From NCBI GenBank assembly GCA_963835065.1, contig CAWIEK010000049.1:320001-384000 (forward strand): 64,000 bases of DNA, in the 5' to 3' direction. Of the stretch, positions 10,846-25,340 are shown piece by piece. The position numbers and the translations under genes were made by a program. The notes beneath the pieces are model-generated. The model did not search any database. It was not told the origin of the DNA and saw only the letters and a program-made list of their open reading frames with translations. Position 1 is the first letter of the stretch, and every line of letters begins with the position of its first letter. The DNA comes from an uncultured Chthonomonadaceae bacterium. Lineage in GTDB: Bacteria > Armatimonadota > Chthonomonadetes > Chthonomonadales > Chthonomonadaceae.

Positions 10846-11601
10846 TCACATTCCCACCTGCGTGATGCGCCCGCCCGTCACCGGCAGATACGCGCCCGTC
10901 ACATACCCGGCCAGATCGCTCAGGAAGAACGCGCAGGCATTGCCGATCTCGTCCGCGCTGCCATGCCGCCGCAGGGGAATGGTTTTGGCGAAATTCTTAG
11001 ACCCTTCGCTTTCCGTATCCACCTTTTCATCCGCCATCCAGCCCGGCGCGACCATATTCACCGTGATATTGTCCGGCCCCAATTCACACGCGAGCGAACG
11101 CGACATACCGACCATCGCGCCCTTGCCCGCCATGTACACCGACCATTCCTGCGGAGCCATGTTCCACAACTCCGTCACGATGTTGACAATCCGCCCGCCG
11201 CCCTGCTCCTTGAAAACGGGCCGAACCGCCTGCGTCATGTGTACAATTGCTTTGCACCCAAAGTCGAAAGCCGTTCCGTAATCTTCCAGCGTAGCCTGCG
11301 CAAACGCGCCATGCTGCCGCCCCGCAATCGCATTGTTGACTACGCCATCCAGTCGTCCAAACCGCTCCCGGACCTCCTGCACCATCTGCGTCACTGCCTG
11401 CGCGTCCCGTACATCCGCGCCAAACGCCTGCGCCGTTCCGCCCGCCGCCCCGATTTCTTCCACCACCGCCTCAGCCTTGTCTCGGCTGCTCCCATAGTTC
11501 ACCGCCACACTTGCGCCCTCACGCGCCAACACCCGCGCAATCGCCGCCCCAATCCCACGCCCGCCGCCCGTCACCAACGCCACCCTGCCCTGCAACAACA
11601 T
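10846..11601 (-). CDS. Short-chain dehydrogenase/reductase (FabG-like)
   Basis: TGGGRGIG, VNNA, YMAGK motifs. Confidence 0.9.
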   Translation of the reverse strand: MLLQGRVALVTGGGRGIGAAIARVLAREGASVAVNYGSSRDKAEAVVEEIGAAGGTAQAFGADVRDAQAVTQMVQEVRERFGRLDGVVNNAIAGRQHGAFAQATLEDYGTAFDFGCKAIVHMTQAVRPVFKEQGGGRIVNIVTELWNMAPQEWSVYMAGKGAMVGMSRSLACELGPDNITVNMVAPGWMADEKVDTESEGSKNFAKTIPLRRHGSADEIGNACAFFLSDLAGYVTGAYLPVTGGRITQVGM

Positions 11602-11694
11602 GATCTCTCCTCCTTATTCTTAACCTAACCAACCGGACTTCTCCAACCATCCCCTAATATCTAATGCCTAATACCTAATGCCTAATGCCTCCCC

Positions 11695-13794
11695 TCACGC
11701 CCGCTTAAACTGCTTATCCAGTTCGTGAAACGGGATCGTCACCACAATTGGCCGGCCATGTGGACACAGGTACGGATTTTCCGTTTCCGCGAGTTGCTCC
11801 AGCAGTCCCTCCATCTCCGCCATCTCCATCGGATCGCCCGCTTTCACCGCCAGTTTACAGGCATTGGTAATCGTCACATGCTCCTGTTGCACCAGCAAAC
11901 GCCGTGACACGGTTTGATTTACCAGTTCATCAATCATATCTCGCAGGATTTTCTCATAAGGCTTGTGCGCCAGCATCGCCGGAACCGAGCGCACCACAAA
12001 ACTATCCTTGCCGAACGCGGAAATCTCCCACCCTGCCCGCGTGAAACTATCGCAATGTTCCGCCAGCAATAGCGCTTCTCGCCGCCCCAAATTGATGGTA
12101 ATCGGAACTGCCAGATGCTGCACCGGGATACCGTTCGCAAAACGCTTCACCGTCAGCCGCTCATACAAAACCCGTTCATGGGCAACATGCTGATCAATCA
12201 CGGCAATACCATTGGGCGTCAGCGCGATAATGTACGTATTCCGCGCCTGCCCAAGTACGCGAAACTCTCGCAACTGTTCCGCAAAAGGCTTTGGAACGGG
12301 CGGCGCTTGCAAAGGCTCCTCATCGGAAGAAACGGTACATGGGGTCAGCACATTGGCAACAGCAATGAAGTCACGAGACTCCGTAGAAATCACTGACTCA
12401 GAGGACGCAGAAGATAATCCGGCATTGGTATCATTATCCTCGCTCCCTGCCGCGCCTGCAATCGTTTGCGTCGATTCGGCTTGCGCCTCTTCATTCCTTG
12501 CGCCTTCCGGCATAGACGACGGCAACGGCTGCGGTTCTCTGTCTGATGCAGCAGTATCTATATCGGCAGCGTTCGGAGGATAGGTTTCTGGCGCGGCATG
12601 GGAGGTTTCCAAAGGCGCGAACGCGCCAATAGCGGCGGCAAACGCGCTTGCCGCGTCATGGAAGGGCGAGGCCGTTGTCGCATTCGGCATTGTGGAAGCG
12701 GAACTGCCCGCAGCAGAAGCGCCTCCAAACCCAAAATTGGTCTGCGAGGAAACCGGCGCAACGGGATTCGTCACCGTAATCCGCGCCTGTGGCACGATGC
12801 CGTATGCCAGCAACGCCCCCTTCACTGCCTGACTCGCCGCATGATGCACTTCGCCGTCCCGCGTAAACTTTACTTCCGTTTTTGTCGGATGCACGTTGAC
12901 ATCCACCAGGTCGGGATGTATTTCCACAAACAACGCACCGATAGGATACCGGCTGTCAGGCGTCAGGGACCGAAATGCCTCTTCCATCGCGTGGCCGATA
13001 AGCCGACTTTTGATAGGCCGCCTATTCACAAAGAACAACTCATGGGAACGTCCGGGACGCGAAATATCCGGCGTGGCAACAAAGCCCGACACGTTCAATC
13101 CCGGCGACTTGTGCGCAATAGGAATTAACTTACGCGCCACTTCCCGCCCCCACACCGCCGCCAGCGCCGCCAACGGCTCCCCTGTTCCCGGCGTGGCAAA
13201 TATCTCCTGCGTCCCATGCCGCAGGCGAAACGCGATTCCCGGATACGCAATCGCAAGTTGCCCCACAATCTCCATTGTACGGGCTACTTCCGTTGGCGTA
13301 CTCTTCAAGAACTTCATACGTGCCGGCGTGTTGAAGAACAGTTCGCTGACTTCAATCGTTGTGCCGTTCCGCGCCGCTACGTCTTCCACGCTTTGTATGT
13401 CGCCTGCCTGCACAATCAAGCGCGTACCGCTTTCGTCCTCCGGCGGTTTGGTAGTGATCGTCAGACGTGATACCGAAGCAATGGAAGGCATCGCTTCGCC
13501 GCGAAAACCCAATGTTTTAATCGCAAACAGATCGTCTGCCGTTCGGATTTTACTCGTAGCATGGCGCTGTAAGGCAAGAATGGCATCCGAGCGCGTCATG
13601 CCGAAGCCGTTATCCGCCACGATCAAACTCTGCTTGCCCCCCTCTTCCAGCGCAATGACGATCTGCGTTGCCCCCGCGTCTATCGCATTCTCTACCAATT
13701 CCTTCACGGCGGAAGCAGGCCGTTCCACAACTTCGCCCGCCGCAATCTGATTAGCCGTATTTTCATCCAGCAGCACCACGCGATCTATTGCCAT
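11695..13794 (-). CDS. mutL: DNA mismatch repair endonuclease MutL
   Basis: NQIAAGEVVERP, GFRGEA, DQHVAHERV, ACK, CPHGRP. Confidence 0.97.
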   Translation of the reverse strand: MAIDRVVLLDENTANQIAAGEVVERPASAVKELVENAIDAGATQIVIALEEGGKQSLIVADNGFGMTRSDAILALQRHATSKIRTADDLFAIKTLGFRGEAMPSIASVSRLTITTKPPEDESGTRLIVQAGDIQSVEDVAARNGTTIEVSELFFNTPARMKFLKSTPTEVARTMEIVGQLAIAYPGIAFRLRHGTQEIFATPGTGEPLAALAAVWGREVARKLIPIAHKSPGLNVSGFVATPDISRPGRSHELFFVNRRPIKSRLIGHAMEEAFRSLTPDSRYPIGALFVEIHPDLVDVNVHPTKTEVKFTRDGEVHHAASQAVKGALLAYGIVPQARITVTNPVAPVSSQTNFGFGGASAAGSSASTMPNATTASPFHDAASAFAAAIGAFAPLETSHAAPETYPPNAADIDTAASDREPQPLPSSMPEGARNEEAQAESTQTIAGAAGSEDNDTNAGLSSASSESVISTESRDFIAVANVLTPCTVSSDEEPLQAPPVPKPFAEQLREFRVLGQARNTYIIALTPNGIAVIDQHVAHERVLYERLTVKRFANGIPVQHLAVPITINLGRREALLLAEHCDSFTRAGWEISAFGKDSFVVRSVPAMLAHKPYEKILRDMIDELVNQTVSRRLLVQQEHVTITNACKLAVKAGDPMEMAEMEGLLEQLAETENPYLCPHGRPIVVTIPFHELDKQFKRA

Positions 13795-14080
13795 AGCAAA
13801 CCCCATTCTTACCCATTGGCCGTAACTGGCAGAGTAATGCAGCCTAATTACAAGAACCGGCCTCTCAACACCCAACACCTAATACCCAACACCCACAAAC
13901 GAATAACGTAGACAGAAACTAACTACACCCTACAATAACCATACCCTAAATCCGCACATTTCGCATAGACCAACAGGAGAGTTGCTTAAGAACCTCTTCC
14001 TATCCTTACAGGAAAAGCCCAATTTTCACCGCATAAAACGTCCGATAATGTAGTCGGCTCAGATCAGAAGAACAACATAC

Positions 14081-14141
14081 CAATTTTTTGTGGAGCGCGT
14101 ACGCGCTCCACAAAAAATTGCGGGCCGCGACGCGGCCCGCA
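14081..14141. repeat. Perfect 40-bp palindrome followed by a GC hairpin; probable terminator
   Basis: CAATTTTTTGTGGAGCGCGT|ACGCGCTCCACAAAAAATTG, then TGCGGGCCGCG-A-CGCGGCCCGCA. Confidence 0.8.
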
Positions 14142-14167
14142 CATTCACACTCGGCTAACAGAATACA

Positions 14168-14539
14168 TCACAACAACGATTCGCACAGAATGGTATCCTC
14201 ATCCGTGTACGCGGGAACACAGCAGCACAGAAATACTAGGGGTTCCTGCCCCGTATTCCGTATCTGATGCCGCTTTCCCGCAGGAATACAGATGCCATCC
14301 CCTACAGTCACCGAACGCTGTTCCGCTTCAATTGCCATCACGCCACTTCCATGCAGGATGTAATACAGCTCCTCCGTATTAGGGTGCGAATGTGCCTGCG
14401 TAGTCGCGCCGGCCTCTATTGTCGCTTCGGCAAGACTCTGGCGCTGCGTTTCTGAATTACGCGGCGCCAGTATCTCCCGAATAATCGAGGTATCTTTGGT
14501 CGTAAACGCATGTACTTCATTGCGATTTACAACATCCAT
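14168..14539 (-). CDS. Cupin domain protein
   Basis: HSHPNTEELYYILHGSG and IPAGKRHQIRN cupin motifs. Confidence 0.9.
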   Translation of the reverse strand: MDVVNRNEVHAFTTKDTSIIREILAPRNSETQRQSLAEATIEAGATTQAHSHPNTEELYYILHGSGVMAIEAEQRSVTVGDGICIPAGKRHQIRNTGQEPLVFLCCCVPAYTDEDTILCESLL

Positions 14540-14564
14540 GCGTGTTCTTCCTATCGCTTCTTCT

Positions 14565-15854
14565 CTATCGCTTCTTCTGCAACGCGGCTTCTATTTCCTG
14601 CTGCAGCCCCTGCCCGCGCAGTGAGTTGCCCATCGCCAGAATCTTGCCCGTATTCCCATCAACCAGAAACGCATGGGGAATGGAATTCACGTTGAACAAC
14701 TGCGCGATTTCCGCCTTCCAGAACCCGCCATCATAGACCTCCGGCCAAGCCATTCCCTTTTGGAATACGAATTGGCCCAGCGCCTGTTTTTTGTTCGCTT
14801 GATCCAGGCTGATGCCCAGAATGTCAAAACCGGCGGTATGATACTGGTTGTAGGCCGCAACGATGTTCGGAATCTCTTCCAGGCAGGGCGGGCACCACAT
14901 CGCCCAGAAATCCAGCAATACCACTTTCCCCTTGTAGTCATCCGGGAAACTGACGGGCTTGCCATCCACTGTCACCGTCTCGAAGTCCAGAATCTCCACG
15001 CCCACTTTCATATCGGCGGCGGTCAGGGTGCTTCCGGCGCTCTTGCCCGACTTCTTCAGTGTTACCAGCGTACCCCGCGCGTCAATCTGCGCCACTTCGT
15101 AGGTCGCGCCGCTCAATCGGAACGGCTTGCCGGCGTCGAAGGTTTCTTTCTCATCGAACCTGCCGTCGCCATTGCGGTCTATAAACAGCGTTACTCGCGC
15201 AGATTCGCCTTCCTCATGCTGAAATTCGTTGAACTTGCCGTTCACGCCCTGATCCACCAGCGCCATCTTGTACGCCCGGCTGCCGATAGTCAGCGTTCCG
15301 ACCCGCGCATACTCCCGATTGTAGGTTACGTCCGTCCCGCTGACCCCAAACGACAGCGTACTCGGCACAGACCCCGCTCGTCCCGGAATGTCATAATGCG
15401 CGACAACCGGCACTGTGGCAGCCCAGCCATTTGTATCTGCAGACGCGCTGGCAACGCTCACCGTTTTCGCTCCGGCTTTGAGCGCGGGCTTTGCCACGAT
15501 CAAGGTTACAGGCGCATCATCCGTCAGATCGCCGTTGCCGTTGGCATCCACGTACAGGCTTGGGCGCGAAGTCTGCCCGTCCGTGTCAAGAACAACAATG
15601 ATTTTGTTGTTCTTGGCATTGCCCAATGTCACCGTGCCATACTTAGGCTGGTACTTGTAGCGCGGCTCTTTGACCAATCCGGCAGGCTTTTCCGCGCTGA
15701 GTGTCAGTTTTTGCGCCGCCATTGCGTGCAGGCCACCCGTCGCATAGGGTTCCAGAGTGCCCACAACCACATCTTTCGCCAGTGCCTGTGTTGTGAGGGA
15801 GGCCAAACCCAATCCCACAACGGCGCACAACCCTTTAAGGGATGATTTCAACAT
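14565..15854 (-). CDS. Exported TlpA/thioredoxin-fold protein
   Basis: Signal peptide; GKVVLLDFWAMWCPPC and IP motif; DxNGxG motifs in N-terminal part. Confidence 0.85.
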   Translation of the reverse strand: MLKSSLKGLCAVVGLGLASLTTQALAKDVVVGTLEPYATGGLHAMAAQKLTLSAEKPAGLVKEPRYKYQPKYGTVTLGNAKNNKIIVVLDTDGQTSRPSLYVDANGNGDLTDDAPVTLIVAKPALKAGAKTVSVASASADTNGWAATVPVVAHYDIPGRAGSVPSTLSFGVSGTDVTYNREYARVGTLTIGSRAYKMALVDQGVNGKFNEFQHEEGESARVTLFIDRNGDGRFDEKETFDAGKPFRLSGATYEVAQIDARGTLVTLKKSGKSAGSTLTAADMKVGVEILDFETVTVDGKPVSFPDDYKGKVVLLDFWAMWCPPCLEEIPNIVAAYNQYHTAGFDILGISLDQANKKQALGQFVFQKGMAWPEVYDGGFWKAEIAQLFNVNSIPHAFLVDGNTGKILAMGNSLRGQGLQQEIEAALQKKR

Positions 15855-15949
15855 CAGAATAGTCCTCCACGAAACGATTACAGGAGATAATGAGTGTATG
15901 CCTTTCGGCGCTTACCGACATAATGGCACATTAGAACCCGAAAAATCAA

Positions 15950-17272
15950 CTAATGCGCGCGAATGATAGCAGGTTTATTTTTCTCCTGCACCCGCTCCGG
16001 CAGCATTTTAATCAAAATCTCCTGCGCCTGCGCCATCTGCGCGTCTTGGCTTGTGTACGGAAACTTCGCCGTTACAAGCACATCCGGCATCACGCCATTT
16101 TGCTCCAGACGCTTCCCATCCACTTTCAAGCCCACTTCAGCCAGTTCCAGCAAGCCGTCCTCTCCAATTTTCACAAACCCCGCGCCCAGAAACGCCCCTG
16201 CGGTTTGCGTTCCCACAAGCGTAGCCCGATGGGATGTTTTCATCTGGTACGACAGAAACTCTTTTGCGCTGCGCGTTCCCTCATTAATCAGCGCCACTAT
16301 CGGCTTTCCATACCCCGTATGCTGAACCGTGCTTGGGCGATTGGAATACTGTGTTTCCCAATCCACATCAGGCCGGCTGAATACATCCATATAACCAAAC
16401 GGATGTCCGCCATAGCCGTCACGCAAATCTAAAATCAGCCCGTCCGTGTCATGCAGTTTCGTCAGCATCAAATTATCAAGCAGATTCTTGAACTCGTCAT
16501 TTGCCATCGTCCACAAATGCACGTACCCGATCCGCCTGTTCCCCACTTCAATAATCCGTGCGCTTGCCCGCGTAGCCGCAAGGTACGAACGCACCACATT
16601 CTCTTTCACGGGAACGATGCTGACCGTCCGATCTTTGTCTTCCCCGTCCCGCCGGAACTTCACCTGAACGCCTACGTTTTCTTTGCCGCGAAACGGGCCT
16701 GCCGACCGAAACGGTTTTCCATCTGCCGTAAGCAAGCGATCCCCAGCCAGCAGTCCCGCTTTAGCAGCCGGGCCACCATCCAAAACCGCATGAACGATGT
16801 ATTCCTTGTCCTTCTGCTCACCCATAACGCCGATATGCGCCACGTGATAGTGTTCCATATCCTGCTCGCCAACAGCGTTCATCATATAAAACTCGGCTTC
16901 ATCGTTAGTCACATACGCCGTGTGCGAAGCATGCAGTTCTTCCAGCATCTTGTTCATCAACGCCGCAAACTGCGATCTATCCTTCACAAACGCCAACTCC
17001 CGATGATACCGTGCTGTCACCTTGTTCCAATCCACGCCGTTCAGTTTCGGATCGTAAAATCCCCTTTGAACAGCAGCCTTTATCTTTAAAAACTCTTGCT
17101 CGTAAGCAGAGTTTCCAACAGGCGTACTCCCATCCCCATCGCCATTCCGCCGAACCCGATGGACAGGCATTTGCGTTCTTTGTGCTTGTGCCGGTGCCGG
17201 CACTGACACAAAACTGCCTGTCACCGCTCCAACCAGCAACAGAAGTATTCCCTTTATGTTCCATATCTTCAT
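15950..17272 (-). CDS. S41 family peptidase with PDZ domain
   Basis: Signal peptide; GPAAKAGL PDZ; LILDLRDGYGG, TRSAKE, GTQTAG. Confidence 0.9.
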   Translation of the reverse strand: MKIWNIKGILLLLVGAVTGSFVSVPAPAQAQRTQMPVHRVRRNGDGDGSTPVGNSAYEQEFLKIKAAVQRGFYDPKLNGVDWNKVTARYHRELAFVKDRSQFAALMNKMLEELHASHTAYVTNDEAEFYMMNAVGEQDMEHYHVAHIGVMGEQKDKEYIVHAVLDGGPAAKAGLLAGDRLLTADGKPFRSAGPFRGKENVGVQVKFRRDGEDKDRTVSIVPVKENVVRSYLAATRASARIIEVGNRRIGYVHLWTMANDEFKNLLDNLMLTKLHDTDGLILDLRDGYGGHPFGYMDVFSRPDVDWETQYSNRPSTVQHTGYGKPIVALINEGTRSAKEFLSYQMKTSHRATLVGTQTAGAFLGAGFVKIGEDGLLELAEVGLKVDGKRLEQNGVMPDVLVTAKFPYTSQDAQMAQAQEILIKMLPERVQEKNKPAIIRAH

Positions 17273-17427
17273 CAATTTGGATTCGTAGCTCCTTCATCAT
17301 CTGCGTACACAATACTTTTAGACCGTTCACTACAGAAAACGTTTTGGTATTTTCACTATTGGTATTTTCGCTTCCAAACTAACCATGTAAGCGAACAGAG
17401 CCGTTCCAACGCAGTTCCAAACAGAAC

Positions 17428-17463
17428 AAAGGCTTGCACCGCATCTTTGCGATCCAAGCCTTT
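17428..17463 (-). terminator. Hairpin terminator after 5S rRNA
   Basis: AAAGGCTTG...CAAGCCTTT inverted repeat just past the 5S 3' end. Confidence 0.55.
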
Positions 17464-17474
17464 GTCATCTATAT

Positions 17475-17591
17475 TCTGGCGGCGACCTATTTTCCCAGGA
17501 AGTTCCCCCCCAAGTATCGTCGGCGCAACTGGCTTTCACGACCGTGTTCGGGATGGGAACGGGTGGGACACCAACGCTATGACCACCAGAA
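17475..17591 (-). rRNA. rrf: 5S rRNA
   Basis: Reverse strand reads CTGGTGGTCATAGCG...CCCGTTCCCATCCCGAACACGG...AATAGGTCGCCGCCAG. Confidence 0.95.
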
Positions 17592-18078
17592 ACCGGTGCG
17601 CTCTCCCCAATTACCTGCACGAGAGAGCGAAAGTTTCTGCACCTGCGTTTACAGGTGAGCGCCTGCTGGCAAGAACATTGCTGCTCTGCACACAGGCAAA
17701 ATCTGTTTACAACGGAACGTTCTTCCCGCCAAGACAACCTGCGTTGTCCTGCCGGGAAGAACCGAAGTGTGTGTCGGATGCGAGTAGTCTGCGTTTGTAC
17801 CGCCATGTACGGTTTGTACGGTGCGGACACAACATTGTCTGTTCTACTGAACCTAGTCTGTTGTGTCGTTGCTGCACATGAACCTTACAGTTGCGCGGTG
17901 TTGTCTTTCTTTCTTTCAGCGCGGCTTTGTCCGTGCTTGCTTCCTCATCGCACACGCTTGTTTGTCGCTTCGTGTCTGCGTTTCCTGCCGTTGCTCTTCC
18001 TCTCTCTTTTACAGAGGGGATGAACGCCGGGAGGACGGCAACTTCCTCACGCCTTACAACCGCGTTTCTTGAGAACAC

Positions 18079-21305
<3,227 letters not shown>

Positions 21306-21988
21306 ACCCTGTACTCGCAACAAACGCGCTTGCAACACAACGCAGAACCACAACCACCTCAGATACTTGCGTACCAAAAGCAGAGCAACCCTGCACCGCC
21401 CATGAAGACGCTGCCGCCCACCCCGCGTCCCGACCCACAACACACGCCGCGCCTCTGCCCACAAGGAACAGAAGAAACGAACACGCATTAGTGGAAGAAC
21501 ACAGAAAGAAGAGGCAACACCTACACACGCCACAAACACACCTGCCTGAGAACAGAAGCACTACACGCACAAACCTGCGCTTCTCACAACAACCGTCTAA
21601 CTGTATCTTCATGCACAGTGCTGCGCCAAAAGGCACAACCCTGCGCACTTCCGTTCAAGCGCGCGCACCTACAAACTCGTTACATACGCTTCTACAAACA
21701 CACACTAACTCGCTCTTACCACCTACGGCTGCTTCCTGCTGCTCCCAACACGCCAAGACCATAAGCCAACTCACACTCGCAAGCCAACTTACTTTCGTAA
21801 GCGAACCTACCCCGGCAAGAAAACTCACAACCCCGACCTGCCAAAAACAACAAGCGGAAATCATCACGCAAGCGCAAGATGCGGCATTTACCCCTGCATC
21901 TCTCTACACACTTCATTATTCCGTTGTAAAAGAGCAACAGACTGCATCAATAGCTCGATGTTTGTCTGTATATCACGATGTCCTTAGT

Positions 21989-22017
21989 AGTATACACCAT
22001 GATTTTCTCGCTGTCAA
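21989..22017 (-). promoter_or_regulatory. rRNA promoter P2
   Basis: TTGACA-N17-TATACT on minus strand; boxA-like TGCTCTTTTACAA at about 21924-21936. Confidence 0.85.
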
Positions 22018-22109
22018 GACCGGCTTTCAAACTTTAGTTTTGCAGCCTTCAACACCCTGCATGACGCTTTATGTCAGTGGAATGTTGTCTCTTCAAGCGG
22101 AAGTGTAAT

Positions 22110-22138
22110 AATATACTTCAGCCCCTTCCATTTGTCAA
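22110..22138 (-). promoter_or_regulatory. rRNA promoter P1
   Basis: TTGACA-N17-TATATT on minus strand, 121 bp upstream of P2. Confidence 0.8.
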
Positions 22139-22263
22139 GGGCAGTGTGCAAAAAAACTACTCTGGCCTGCAACTTTACCGTCGAACATACTGTCCAAGCG
22201 TTGAAAATTATCCTCTGCCTCCGCGCGTAACAGGCCAGTATAGACGGCTCGTTCACGACTCGG

Positions 22264-23247
22264 CTATTCAAAAGGCGTATAGGGGACATCAGGTTGCCCC
22301 GACAGCCCGCCCCGTTTCTTTTTCTTCACCGGCGGCAGTTCCACCGATGGCTTCTGGCATTGTGGACAAAAGTAGATGATCCGCTCCTTTTCCTCGCCAT
22401 CCTCGGATTCGTCCTGTTGCCGCGTCACCTGCCGCTTCTGCCGTATGGTTGTGCCGCAGATAAGGCACGGCAGATTGGTGCGCCGAAACACGTAATGCCG
22501 CGTTCCGTAATCTCGTCCCGGCACGTAAACCAGCGTTTCATCCTCGCGCATTCGGTCACGCAGTTCGTCCGGCACGGTTGCCCCGCCCTCCACATACGCC
22601 CGCCGCGCCATTTTCACGATGCTGTCGCACAGGCACTGCAGTTCGTCGGCATCCAGTTCATTCACTATCCGCCAGGGGTCCATGCGGCAGTCAAATAGAA
22701 TTTCCGCCCGCAGGTAATTGCCGATGCCTGCCAAAACCTGCTGATTGAGCAGCACGGCTCCAATCGCATGTTGCGCATGTTCGGGAGAGCGCAGACGATA
22801 CAAAAATTCGGCAGAATCAAACTCGCCGTCCTCCGGGTACGGCAGCGTGTCCGGTCCCAAAGCGGCTAAATACGGATTCACTTCACGCGCATCACCCTGC
22901 CCCACCTCAAACACCGGCGCGGAAAACAAAATCGCCGCCGCATCCGCAACCGTAATCCGCGCCCGTTCCCGCCGATTTGTTTCCAAAATCGGCAATTCCG
23001 TCACGATCTGCCAACGCCCCCACATCATCAAATGCGAGTAAAAGAAATATCCGCCCTCGATCTCGCCAACAAGGTTCTTGCCGTGCGCCCAAATACGCCC
23101 TATTCGCCGCCCCTCCAATACGCCTTCATGCGCCAACACCCACGCCTTTGCCGCTTTCGTCCGCGCCGTCAGACAAACCAATGGCTTACCCGTCAACGCC
23201 GCGCCCAGCATATCCGCATACCGTCTCACTTCCGGTCCTTCCGGCAT
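22264..23247 (-). CDS. Fpg/Nei family DNA glycosylase (Nei-like)
   Basis: N-terminal PEGPEV, HGKNL, LAGIGNYLRAE (H2TH), CxxC...CPxCQ zinc finger. Confidence 0.9.
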   Translation of the reverse strand: MPEGPEVRRYADMLGAALTGKPLVCLTARTKAAKAWVLAHEGVLEGRRIGRIWAHGKNLVGEIEGGYFFYSHLMMWGRWQIVTELPILETNRRERARITVADAAAILFSAPVFEVGQGDAREVNPYLAALGPDTLPYPEDGEFDSAEFLYRLRSPEHAQHAIGAVLLNQQVLAGIGNYLRAEILFDCRMDPWRIVNELDADELQCLCDSIVKMARRAYVEGGATVPDELRDRMREDETLVYVPGRDYGTRHYVFRRTNLPCLICGTTIRQKRQVTRQQDESEDGEEKERIIYFCPQCQKPSVELPPVKKKKRGGLSGQPDVPYTPFE

Positions 23248-23424
23248 CTACCAATTCTCCATTCCGCGCTCCCGCTATCCAACTCGGTTTCCTGACAAAC
23301 CACAAATTCCCATCAATCCTGTTAATCCTAATAATCCTCTTAATCCTGTCTATTCTTCTCTATTCTGGATTGCCTTATCTTCATCTGTCACCATAAGCAG
23401 ACAGACATTTCTACTATCTACTGT

Positions 23425-24205
23425 CTACTTCCTTCGGCTTTGTCCGAACGGGCAAATATCCAGTACCACGCAGCGCCCGCAATCCGGGTTAAAATGATAG
23501 CAGCAGCGCTGTCCGTGCAGCATCAGGGACTCATGGTTGTCGTACACCGTTTGCGCATCCCAATCCGTTTGGCAACTGCGCTTCCAAAATAGCGTGGGCG
23601 GGGCCAACATCCACGCTTGCCGGCAGCAACCCCAACCGTACCGCCACCCGATGATGGTGACTGTCAACCGGCAGCGCAGGACGGCGCAGGCGGCTGAACA
23701 GCAGCACCGCCGCGCTTGTTTTCGGCCCCACGCCCGGCAGCAATTCGAGCCAAGCCCGCGCTTCGGGAACCGGCAAGTCGGCCAGAAAATCCAGTGATAA
23801 CTCTCCATCGCGCTTTTCTCCAATCAAGCGCAAAATCTGCTGCAAGCGCGGCGCTTTCTGCTCCGGCCAGGTACACGCAACTATAGCGTTTTCAACTTCT
23901 GCAATTGGCGCGTCCCGCACCATTGCCCAATCCGCAAACCGGGCGCGAAGTTGCCGAAACGCCTTACCAGAATCCGCATTCTTCGTCCGGTGTGACAGCA
24001 GCGAGGAAACCAATTCGCTCATCGGATCCAATTCGTGAAAGTAGGGTATCGGGCAGCCATACTCGCAGCACAGCCGCTCATGTACCAGCAATGCCTTTGC
24101 TTTTACTTCCGGCGAAAGTGGATCGAACGCCAACGTTTGCGCCTTTGCCGTTCGAGTCTTGGCGGACTGTGTTTTACTTTTTGGTTCTGCAGTTGTTTCT
24201 TCCAC
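23425..24205 (-). CDS. Endonuclease III / HhH-GPD glycosylase, frameshift near 23570
   Basis: LPGVGPKT, PVDSH; 4Fe-4S motif C-x6-CxxC-x5-C continues in the adjacent frame. Confidence 0.85.
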
Positions 24206-24346
24206 GCTGTTTTCCCAACCAGAGCGCGGCGTAAATTGCTTTACCCCGCCAAAAATAAACGCTCCGTTTTTCCTCTTCTACGGAAAAACGGAGCGGACAT
24301 TCGCAACAGCCCACTTTATATTATCGAACACTGATAAAAGATTACG

Positions 24347-25216
24347 TCAAACATCATCCCGCAGCCCGGACTTCTGGCCTGCCTTCAAGTTATGGTCGTA
24401 AATCACTTCGCTCAACTTCAAATCTTTTAATTTTGGGTTCAAAGCCGTCAGGTCGTCCTGTGGGTCATATCCTACCAATTCACGCGCATCGGAAATATCC
24501 AGGCGGTTGAAACGGTTGTTGCTCAGGCCATGAAACACAGCAAATTGCAGGTTTTCCACATCAATGCACCGGTGAATCAATTGGTTCAGGTCCCGATTTG
24601 AAACAAAAGCATCCATCATGCCAATCGAATGTTCCCGTTCCGCCGCTTCAACCGGCTGAAACGCGCCGATGCGCAGCGCAATCACGGACAAGCCTTCCTG
24701 TTCCGCCATGTACCGCCCCAACGCCTCGCCGAACGCTTTCGTTACGCCATACACGTCACCGGGATTTACAGGCTCCGACGTTTTCACCTGCACATCGCCC
24801 CGTCCGCCCGACACCGCGTGAATGGAAGACGCGAAAATCAACTTCCGACAGCCCGCCGACTTTGCCGCCGCCATGATGTTGTACACGCCCACCACGTTCG
24901 GTTCCAGCAACTCCTGCCACGTCGCGCTTGCGTTGGGATTGCCCGCCATGTGAACAACCGTGTCTATTCCCTGACAAAACTGCTTCAGCTTATCCAGTTC
25001 CGCCAATTCCCCGACAACAATCTCCCCCAAGCCTTCAATATCCTTCTCATCCCCGGCCTTCTGCACCATCAGGCGCAAATCATACTTGCCCTGCGCATGA
25101 CGGGCAAAATACGAGCCGATACGTCCCGCCGCGCCCGTCACCAGTACGCGCCGCTTTACACCCTCGTCCGTTTTCGCCAACGCCCCCACGCCCGTACTCA
25201 AAAATGATCGCGTCAT
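24347..25216 (-). CDS. NAD-dependent epimerase/dehydratase (uronate dehydrogenase-like)
   Basis: TGAAGRIG, FASSIHA, YGVTK. Confidence 0.85.
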   Translation of the reverse strand: MTRSFLSTGVGALAKTDEGVKRRVLVTGAAGRIGSYFARHAQGKYDLRLMVQKAGDEKDIEGLGEIVVGELAELDKLKQFCQGIDTVVHMAGNPNASATWQELLEPNVVGVYNIMAAAKSAGCRKLIFASSIHAVSGGRGDVQVKTSEPVNPGDVYGVTKAFGEALGRYMAEQEGLSVIALRIGAFQPVEAAEREHSIGMMDAFVSNRDLNQLIHRCIDVENLQFAVFHGLSNNRFNRLDISDARELVGYDPQDDLTALNPKLKDLKLSEVIYDHNLKAGQKSGLRDDV

Positions 25217-25340
25217 ATTCAGTCCTCAAAGAGAATTTAGCCGCGAATACACGCGGCTAAACGCAAATAGCCCCAAACCTATATCAGACAAGTGGCTGCT
25301 TTATTTCCAGCAGAGACTATTCTGCCACCAAGCCTGCGAA

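Noticed and set aside
12300..12780. Long low-complexity segment in MutL as an intein or extra domain
   Set aside because: Falls in the known variable linker; no intein motifs
23540..23600. Programmed frameshift in the Nth-like gene
   Set aside because: No slippery site; several similar indels in the window point to assembly error or decay
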